A stretch of 64,000 bases of DNA from Faecousia sp. GTDB lineage: Bacteria > Bacillota > Clostridia > Oscillospirales > Oscillospiraceae. The translations under genes and the position numbers were made by a program. Below the pieces are notes generated by a model, which worked only from the letters and a program-made list of their open reading frames with translations, made no database searches and was not told the origin of the DNA. How positions within the stretch are numbered: the first letter of the stretch is position 1; every line of letters starts with the position of its first letter. The stretch covers positions 7,301-71,300 of the forward strand of contig JAZOLX010000124.1 in NCBI GenBank assembly GCA_045653485.1. Reading direction: 5' to 3'. Shown in pieces: positions 57,298 to 64,000 of the stretch.

Positions 57298-57984
57298 ATG
57301 ATCCGAAGAATCATTACCATTGATGAAGAAAAATGCAACGGCTGCGGTTTGTGCGCCAAGGCCTGCCATGAGGGTGCCATCGGCATGGTCAGTGGCAAAG
57401 CAAAGCTGCTCCGTGAGGATTACTGCGACGGTTTAGGCGATTGCCTTCCTGCCTGCCCCATGAACGCCATTTCCTTTGAGGAACGGGAAGCACCCGCCTA
57501 CAATGAAGCTGCAGTTCTTGCGGCCAAAAAAGCCAAGGAGGAAAAACTGCCTTGCGGCTGTCCCGGATCTGTTTGTCAAAGCATCAGCCATGAAACGCAT
57601 AGTAAAACTGTGCATGTTCCCAACGAACTTACCAATTTCCCGGTGCAGATCAAGCTGCTGCCTCCCAACGCTCCCTATTTTGAGGGTGCTGACCTGCTGA
57701 TTGCTGCTGATTGCACTGCCTATGCCTACGGTAATTTCCATCACGACTTTATGCGTGACAAGGTGACCATGATTGGTTGTCCCAAGCTGGACGCTATCGA
57801 CTACAGTGAAAAGCTGACCCAAGTGTTCAAGCACAACAACATCCGTTCCGTCACTGTCACCCGGATGACCGTACCTTGCTGCGGCGGCTTACCCTATGCC
57901 GTGAAAACCGCCATTGAAAACAGCGGTAAGGATATTCCGCTCCAAATCGTGACCATCAGTCCCAATGGACAAATCGTCAAATAA
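57298..57984 (+). CDS. 4Fe-4S dicluster protein
   Basis: CNGCGLC..ACH, CDGLGDCLPACP, CGCPG, ADC, GCPKLD, VPCCGG. Confidence 0.9.
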   Translation: MIRRIITIDEEKCNGCGLCAKACHEGAIGMVSGKAKLLREDYCDGLGDCLPACPMNAISFEEREAPAYNEAAVLAAKKAKEEKLPCGCPGSVCQSISHETHSKTVHVPNELTNFPVQIKLLPPNAPYFEGADLLIAADCTAYAYGNFHHDFMRDKVTMIGCPKLDAIDYSEKLTQVFKHNNIRSVTVTRMTVPCCGGLPYAVKTAIENSGKDIPLQIVTISPNGQIVK

Positions 57985-58009
57985 AAGAACATTGCCCATT
58001 TTACATGAA

Positions 58010-58052
58010 ATAGGGACCCGTTTTGATAGAAACTATCAAAACGGGTCCCTAT
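58010..58052. terminator. Bidirectional hairpin
   Basis: ATAGGGACCCGTTTTGATAG-AAA-CTATCAAAACGGGTCCCTAT perfect 20-bp arms. Confidence 0.75.
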
Positions 58053-58074
58053 AATTCTCCTGTGCAAAGAACAC

Positions 58075-58386
58075 TTAATCTAAATGGAAAACATTCTGCA
58101 AATCAATGGCAACAGGGCTGTTATCGGGATTGGTCTCCATAATATCTGCCATGTAATCCCACCACTTCCGGTTTATGGCAGTATCTGCACTTTTGCTCCA
58201 CAGTTCGGGATCATCCAGCTCGATATAGCCAAAAAGGGTCAGGGTTTCCCGGTCCAGAAAGATGGTGTAGTTCTTTCCGCCATGTGCATGGATCATATCC
58301 TTCATTTCCGGCCACAGCAGGTTATGGCGGCGCTCATACTCTTCCTCCATACCGGGGTACAGTTTCATCTTAAAGCCTTTAATCAT
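58075..58386 (-). CDS. rhaM: L-rhamnose mutarotase
   Basis: EYERRH..LWPE, NYTIF, KWWDYMADIMETNPDNSP, VFHLD. Confidence 0.95.
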   Translation of the reverse strand: MIKGFKMKLYPGMEEEYERRHNLLWPEMKDMIHAHGGKNYTIFLDRETLTLFGYIELDDPELWSKSADTAINRKWWDYMADIMETNPDNSPVAIDLQNVFHLD

Positions 58387-58527
58387 AATTGTTGCTCCTT
58401 TCCATGTTTTCCACTTTCCTCTGTACAGGGCGCTTCCCCTTTTACACAGGAAAAAGGAAAAAAGGTAGGGCAGGCATGCCTGCCCTACCTTTTATTTTAG
58501 GGGACACATTGTTGGGTTTTCTGTTAA

Positions 58528-59532
58528 TTAGTAAACGTTAGCCCAGTCAGCAATGTTCTCGCCGGTGAATGCAAAGGGAGGTCCCACAATGATCTGAGTC
58601 TCAGCAGTGTCACCAGTCATAACTTCGTAGGTGGTGTTGTTGTCAGCGGTAAAGGTGCTACCGACAGCGCCGACCTTGCCGTCAGCGATAGCCTTGATCA
58701 TGTAAGCTGCGCAGTTGCCCACGTCGATGGGGTTCCACAGGTACATGTAGGGGCAGACCTTATCATCGCCAACATAGTCCTTCATTTCGGAGGGCAGGCC
58801 CAGACCGGCAACCTTGATGGAGCAGCCGTCAGTCTCGGAAACGACCTTAGCGGCAGCCAGAATGCCAACAGTGGTGGGGCAGCAAACGACTTCCAGATTG
58901 GGGTACTTGGTCATCAGGTTCTGCATTTCGTCGGTGGACTTCTGGGACTCGTCGTCGCCGTAAACGGTCTCGACCAGCTTCAGGTTAGCATACTTGGCAT
59001 CCTTCAGGATTTCTTCCATAGCTGCGATCCAGGCATTCTGGTTGGTAGCAGTGGAGGAAGCGGACAGGATAGCGAACTCGCCGCCGTCAGCGCCGCACAT
59101 ATCAGCGATGGAATCGACCAGAACCTGAGCGACCTGAGTCACACCAGCCTGGTTGACGAACATCTGGGAACCTTCGGTGTCGGAGTCCAGAGTGACAACC
59201 ACAACACCCTGCTTCTTGGCAGCATCAATAGCGCCCTTCAGAGCAGCGGCATCGTTAGCAGCGATGGCAATACCCTTCACACCCTGAGCAACCAGCTCGT
59301 TGATAATGGTGATCTGGTCATCAGCGGAAGTAGTTTCGGGGGACTTTTCGATGGCGGTGATGCCCATAGCCTCGCAAGCGGTCTTGAAGCCGGAAACCAT
59401 ACGAGCCATGTAGGGGTTGGATGCGTCCTTGCAGACGATAGCATAGGTATTGGTCTTGGGAGCCTTAGCGCCACAAGCGGCCAGGCCAACGACCATAACC
59501 AGTACCAGCAGCAGAGCGATCAGTTTTTTCAT
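58528..59532 (-). CDS. L-rhamnose ABC transporter substrate-binding lipoprotein
   Basis: LAAC lipobox; NPY, TATNQNAWI, YGDD, GLGLPSEM, LWNP (RhaS/LsrB type). Confidence 0.88.
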   Translation of the reverse strand: MKKLIALLLVLVMVVGLAACGAKAPKTNTYAIVCKDASNPYMARMVSGFKTACEAMGITAIEKSPETTSADDQITIINELVAQGVKGIAIAANDAAALKGAIDAAKKQGVVVVTLDSDTEGSQMFVNQAGVTQVAQVLVDSIADMCGADGGEFAILSASSTATNQNAWIAAMEEILKDAKYANLKLVETVYGDDESQKSTDEMQNLMTKYPNLEVVCCPTTVGILAAAKVVSETDGCSIKVAGLGLPSEMKDYVGDDKVCPYMYLWNPIDVGNCAAYMIKAIADGKVGAVGSTFTADNNTTYEVMTGDTAETQIIVGPPFAFTGENIADWANVY

Positions 59533-59591
59533 TTTTTTCCTTCCTTTCTTGCATTAAAAAAATTTATATGAACGCTTACGCGCACATAACA

Positions 59592-60602
59592 TTATTTTGC
59601 CGTTTTCTTGCGGTTCTTGATTGCCTCCTGAACCGTGGGATAAAGAACAACAGCAATCAGCAGTGCACCCAAAATGATGCGGATGGTCTGGCCACTGAGG
59701 TTGATCAGGCCAAGGCCATAACGGAGCAAGCCGATAATAAAGATTGCGATTACTGCACCCACCATAGTGCCCTTGCCGCCGGCAGTGGAAATGCCGCCCA
59801 GAACACACATGGAAATGGCTTCCAGTTCAAAACCTTCCGCCACATTGCTCTTAACGGAGCCCAGATTGGCACAGTAGAATACCGAAGCAAAGCCACAGAC
59901 CAGACCGGTCAAAGTAAAGACGATCATACGGACCTTCTGAACTTTGATGCCTGCATACTGTGCTGCTTTCTGATTCTCACCAATGGCAAACATCTGACGG
60001 CCGAATACAGTTCTATGCATTACCACGCCAAATACTACCGCCAGAACACAGAAGATGATGAACATGTACGGCACAGGACCTATACGCCCATAAAACAGAT
60101 TGGAGAACCAACTGATCTTAGACATACCTGCAGTAGCACCATCGCCCAGAATTCTTTCAGACAGGCCACGATAAATGATGTTGGTGGCCAGTGTCACGAT
60201 CATAGGCGCCAATTCTGTGAACTTGGTCATGATCAGACCATTCAACGCACCGCAGATCGTGCCGGTGAGCAGGGCCGCCAGAATGCCCAGCCAGATGGAG
60301 CCGGATGCATTGTAGACAATACCCAGCATAGTGGCAGACAAACAAACATTGCCGCCAACAGACAGGTCAATGTCGCCCAACAGCAGGATATATGCCATAG
60401 GCAGCGCAATGTATGCCTTAACCAGAAAGTTATTGATGTTTGTAAACAGGTTATATGCATTGAGATAATTGGGAGACAGACAGATATTCATCACATTGAC
60501 TCCCAGGAAGATCAGGATCAGAAGGAACTCCCAACGAACCACCAAAGTTTTGATGGAACGATCCTTGACACTGGAAATCGTTCTTCCGGATTTGGTTGCC
60601 AT
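59592..60602 (-). CDS. Rhamnose ABC permease (RhaQ-like)
   Basis: IDLSVG, FGRQMFAIG, VLGGIS..GGKG. Confidence 0.9.
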   Translation of the reverse strand: MATKSGRTISSVKDRSIKTLVVRWEFLLILIFLGVNVMNICLSPNYLNAYNLFTNINNFLVKAYIALPMAYILLLGDIDLSVGGNVCLSATMLGIVYNASGSIWLGILAALLTGTICGALNGLIMTKFTELAPMIVTLATNIIYRGLSERILGDGATAGMSKISWFSNLFYGRIGPVPYMFIIFCVLAVVFGVVMHRTVFGRQMFAIGENQKAAQYAGIKVQKVRMIVFTLTGLVCGFASVFYCANLGSVKSNVAEGFELEAISMCVLGGISTAGGKGTMVGAVIAIFIIGLLRYGLGLINLSGQTIRIILGALLIAVVLYPTVQEAIKNRKKTAK

Positions 60603-61609
60603 CAGATTTCCCTCCCTTCCAGAACTTTGCGGGCACTATTGCGCTGGACAATCACATTGACCAAAACCGCCAGCAGAATAATTGCGCCCTTCAGTGCCTG
60701 CTGCCAGAAGGCATCAATGCCAACAAGGCTCAGGGACTTACTGATGATACCGATGGTAATCGCACCCAACAGCACACCGAAAGCGTTACCTTGACCACCG
60801 TTGAGGCTCACACCGCCAATGACGCAGGCGGCAATAACATCCATCTCGGCACCGTTTGCCATATTGCCCTGAGCTGTCGCGTACATACTGGTATACATTG
60901 CACCGGCCAAACCGCAGATCGCACCGTTAATGGCATAGACAACGATCTTTACCCTGTCGATATTGATACCGGAGATCTTAGCGGCATCAGGATTGGAGCC
61001 GACTGCATAAATCTGCCGGCCAAAATTTGTCCACTTCAGGAACACGATCATGATACCAAACAGGATCAAAACGATCCAGAACAGGTTATTGAGGCCTAAA
61101 AACTTATTCTGCGCAAAAGCCTTATAACCCGCCAACATCTTATCGGAGGGAACCCACTGGGTCTTGGAAACAAAGTAAGTCAAGCCACGGTAAATATACT
61201 GCATACCCAGAGTAGCAATGATCGGGATGACCTTGCCTTTTGAAACAATGGCACCGATCACAAGACCACAAGCCAAGCCAACCAGAACACTGAAAGCAAA
61301 GGCTATTATGGGATTGGTAATAATGCCATCGCGCATCAGCAGAGAGGTGGACATGCCGGATAGGGCCAGAGTTGCACCGATAGAGATATCGATACCACCG
61401 ATCAGCAGCACCAACAACATACCAAAGGACAGCACCATGGTATATGCATAGTTCTGAGTCAACTGGGAAAGAACGGTGGGGGTCAGGAATTTGCCGCCGC
61501 TTCGCCACTGGATCACACCTACCAGCAGGACCATGACCAGCAGCAGGCTGATCTCACGGTTACGGAGCAGCTCACTGAGTTTGCCGTTCTTACGAAGTGT
61601 CTTATTCAT
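60602..61609 (-). CDS. Rhamnose ABC permease (RhaP-like)
   Basis: GGIDISIG, GRQIYAVGSN, IAACVIGGVSL. Confidence 0.9.
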   Translation of the reverse strand: MNKTLRKNGKLSELLRNREISLLLVMVLLVGVIQWRSGGKFLTPTVLSQLTQNYAYTMVLSFGMLLVLLIGGIDISIGATLALSGMSTSLLMRDGIITNPIIAFAFSVLVGLACGLVIGAIVSKGKVIPIIATLGMQYIYRGLTYFVSKTQWVPSDKMLAGYKAFAQNKFLGLNNLFWIVLILFGIMIVFLKWTNFGRQIYAVGSNPDAAKISGINIDRVKIVVYAINGAICGLAGAMYTSMYATAQGNMANGAEMDVIAACVIGGVSLNGGQGNAFGVLLGAITIGIISKSLSLVGIDAFWQQALKGAIILLAVLVNVIVQRNSARKVLEGREI

Positions 61610-61614
61610 AACAA

Positions 61615-63123
61615 TTACACACTCCCCTCTGCAACACGTTGCTTGGACATCGCCAGTTCCAGAATCTTCTCCTGAGTGGCCTCCTCGCGGCTCAGTTCAC
61701 CGGTCACACGACCTTCGCACATGACCACGATACGATCGGACATACCCAGAATTTCAGGCATTTCAGAGGAGATCATAATAATGGCATAGCCATCCAACGC
61801 CAGCTCACCCATAATCTCGTAGATTGCAGCCTTCGCACCAACGTCAACGCCCTTGGTCGGTTCGTCCAGAATCAGCAGTTTGAAATCAGAACCCAGTGCT
61901 TTGGCAACAACAACCTTCTGCTGGTTGCCACCGGAAAGGGAGCTGGCCTTATCAAACACGGTAACTGCTTTGGTATCCACCCGTTCTGCCAGTTCCTTAG
62001 CTGTTTCGCTCTCATTTTTTTCGTCCAAGAAGAGCTTATTCACATGAGACTTCAGTTCAGTCAATGTAATGTTGCGGCCGATACCCCAATCCAGAATCAA
62101 GCCTTCGATCTGGCGGTTTTCAGGTAACAGACCGATACCCATCTTCATTGCTTCGCTGGGAGAATGGATCTTGACTTCTTTACCATTCCAGAAAATCTTA
62201 CCGGAAGTCAATTTCTCAACACCGAAAATGGTCTGAACAACTTCCGTACGGCGAGCGCCCACCAGACCGGTCAGGCCCATGATCTCGCCCTTCTTGATGG
62301 AGAAGGAAACGTCTTTGAAGTAACCGGTGCGGCAAAGGTTCTCCACACGGAGAATTTCCTCACCAAGCTCTACCTTGGGTTTTGGGAACAGATCACTGAT
62401 CTCACGGCCAACCATTGCCTTGATCAAGTCTGCATTCGTAATACCGTCAACATCATATGTACCGATATACTGGGCATCCCGGAAGACGGTGACACGACTT
62501 GCCAGAGCATACATATCTTCAAAGCGGTGAGAAATGAAAATGATTGCCACGCCTTCATCACGCAGTTTACGGGTGATGCGATAAAGTTCCTCGGATTCAC
62601 GCTTGGTCAGTGCCGCGGTAGGCTCATCCATGATAATGATACGTGCGTTCAGAGACAGCGCCTTGGCGATCTCAACCATCTGCTGCTGAGCAACAGATAA
62701 ATCTCCCATCAGTTCGCGGGAGCTAAAATCGGCATTCAACTCCTGCAGAAGACGGTCTGCCTCGTCATACATTTCTTTCCACTGCACCAGACCATACTTC
62801 CTTTTCAGGTGGCCCACAAAAATGTTTTCCGCTACAGACAGGTGCGGGTAAGCGGTAACATGCTGGTAAATTGCAGCAATACCGGCTTTCTGCGCCTCTC
62901 TGGTGTTCTTAAAATTCACCTTTTCACCATTGAGATACATTTCGCCTTCTTCTGCCTGATGAACACCCATAATGACTTTGATAAATGTGGACTTACCGGC
63001 ACCATTTTCACCCATCAAAGCATGGATCTCGCCTTCGCGAAGGTCGAACTGAACTTTGTTCAGTGCCTTTACACCGGGGAATATCTTAGTGATACCGCGC
63101 AATTCCAAGACAGTCTTGCTCAT
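61615..63123 (-). CDS. Rhamnose ABC ATP-binding protein (two NBDs)
   Basis: [32 protein letters not shown]. Confidence 0.93.
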   Translation of the reverse strand: MSKTVLELRGITKIFPGVKALNKVQFDLREGEIHALMGENGAGKSTFIKVIMGVHQAEEGEMYLNGEKVNFKNTREAQKAGIAAIYQHVTAYPHLSVAENIFVGHLKRKYGLVQWKEMYDEADRLLQELNADFSSRELMGDLSVAQQQMVEIAKALSLNARIIIMDEPTAALTKRESEELYRITRKLRDEGVAIIFISHRFEDMYALASRVTVFRDAQYIGTYDVDGITNADLIKAMVGREISDLFPKPKVELGEEILRVENLCRTGYFKDVSFSIKKGEIMGLTGLVGARRTEVVQTIFGVEKLTSGKIFWNGKEVKIHSPSEAMKMGIGLLPENRQIEGLILDWGIGRNITLTELKSHVNKLFLDEKNESETAKELAERVDTKAVTVFDKASSLSGGNQQKVVVAKALGSDFKLLILDEPTKGVDVGAKAAIYEIMGELALDGYAIIMISSEMPEILGMSDRIVVMCEGRVTGELSREEATQEKILELAMSKQRVAEGSV

Positions 63124-63384
63124 TATCAACTCTCCAATCTTACTTATTGCCTCACAACAAACATGTTTTTGCTTTTTTGCATTTTTACGTGCGGAGAACG
63201 CTCTCGTTTATGTACAAAGCAGCAAGGTTATTTTTGTGCGTTTTGCACAATTTTTAATAAAGCAAACGAAAATTCCTATACTTTATGTATCATTTTTAGT
63301 ATCATATCACCACAGGCACGCTTTTGCATTATCTTTTTTTGCTCGTTTTTTGCACTATCTTGCACTTTATTCAGGAGGGTTCGT

Positions 63385-64000
63385 ATGTCAGCGCATCTGG
63401 AATACAATCTTGATCTGGCACCGGAATCTCGATGGAATATGGTTTCAGCCACAGCACAGACAAAAGCCTCTCTCATTTATGCCCAAGAGATCGGCGATTT
63501 TTTGGCAGGACCCAATTATTATACTTCCCGCAGCGGATATGCCTCCTACCTTATTAAGATAACGGTGGAGGGTTGCGGACAGCTTGAATATAACGGCGAA
63601 ACCAATTTATTGCCCCCCGGCCACTTTTTTTTCATTGACTGCAAAAAACAGCAGTACTACCGTACTGCACCGGGAGCCGATCATTGGCATACCCTCTGGG
63701 TGCATTTATATGGTGCCAATGCAAAGGCCTATTACGATGCATTTCTAACACATAACAATGGCTCTCATACCGGGATATTCCACCATCCCGCCAAGGCCCT
63801 CAGCATATTCTCTGCTCTTTTCGAGTTAGACACGTCGAGTCATAATCAAGTGATGTCTGATTTTCAGGTAGCCACATTACTGACACAGCTTTTGTCAGAA
63901 TGTGTTTTATCTACAATGATGGCTGAAAAAACCGGTACTGTACCGCAAATTATCCAGCATGTACGTATGTACCTGCTCAATCACTATCAAGAGAAAAATA
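63385..64000 (+). CDS. AraC-family regulator (runs off window end), probable rhamnose regulator
   Basis: SD AGGAGG; MSAHLEYNL...YLIKITVEGCGQLEY...FIDCKKQQYY...WVHLYG cupin; divergent from the rha transporter. Confidence 0.8.
   Translation, partial: MSAHLEYNLDLAPESRWNMVSATAQTKASLIYAQEIGDFLAGPNYYTSRSGYASYLIKITVEGCGQLEYNGETNLLPPGHFFFIDCKKQQYYRTAPGADHWHTLWVHLYGANAKAYYDAFLTHNNGSHTGIFHHPAKALSIFSALFELDTSSHNQVMSDFQVATLLTQLLSECVLSTMMAEKTGTVPQIIQHVRMYLLNHYQEKN

Noticed and set aside
54972-58052. Long perfect palindromes at 54972 and 58010 as MITEs
   Set aside because: Both lie between convergent genes, are unrelated in sequence and have no TSD; ordinary bidirectional terminators.
59568-60794. 408-aa plus-strand ORF opposite the rhamnose permeases
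   Set aside because: Antisense shadow ORF.

Overview
A 64-kb chromosomal segment from a spore-forming, anaerobic Bacillota. SpoVT, glgCDA, the RACo-type gene and codon style suggest Clostridia/Oscillospiraceae-like (inference). It is dominated by carbohydrate catabolism: five AraC-family regulators, a ROK repressor, GH3, GH13, beta-propeller and BNR hydrolases, three ABC importers (generic sugar, BMP/nucleoside, L-rhamnose) and an acid-sugar enzyme cluster. It also carries glycogen synthesis, mgtE, a Crp/Fnr-Fe-S module and a partial surface-polysaccharide locus whose wzy-like gene is split by an IS3-family element. No tRNA, rRNA, CRISPR array or prophage was recognised. The most notable signals are four. 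(1) An unannotated 24-codon leader ORF with competing RNA helices that occlude the mgtE Shine-Dalgarno (SD), a candidate Mg2+-sensing translational attenuator where an M-box riboswitch would be expected. (2) An IS3 element with an atypical 15-bp target duplication and a mutated DDE motif inside wzy. (3) An ABC importer plus SpsF-type cytidylyltransferase directly downstream of a polysaccharide locus with a Maf/sialyltransferase-like gene, a candidate nonulosonic-acid scavenge-and-display system. (4) A Crp-family operator-like palindrome embedded in a terminator hairpin at about -41.5 of the next promoter. All product calls come from motif recognition by eye; no database search was run.
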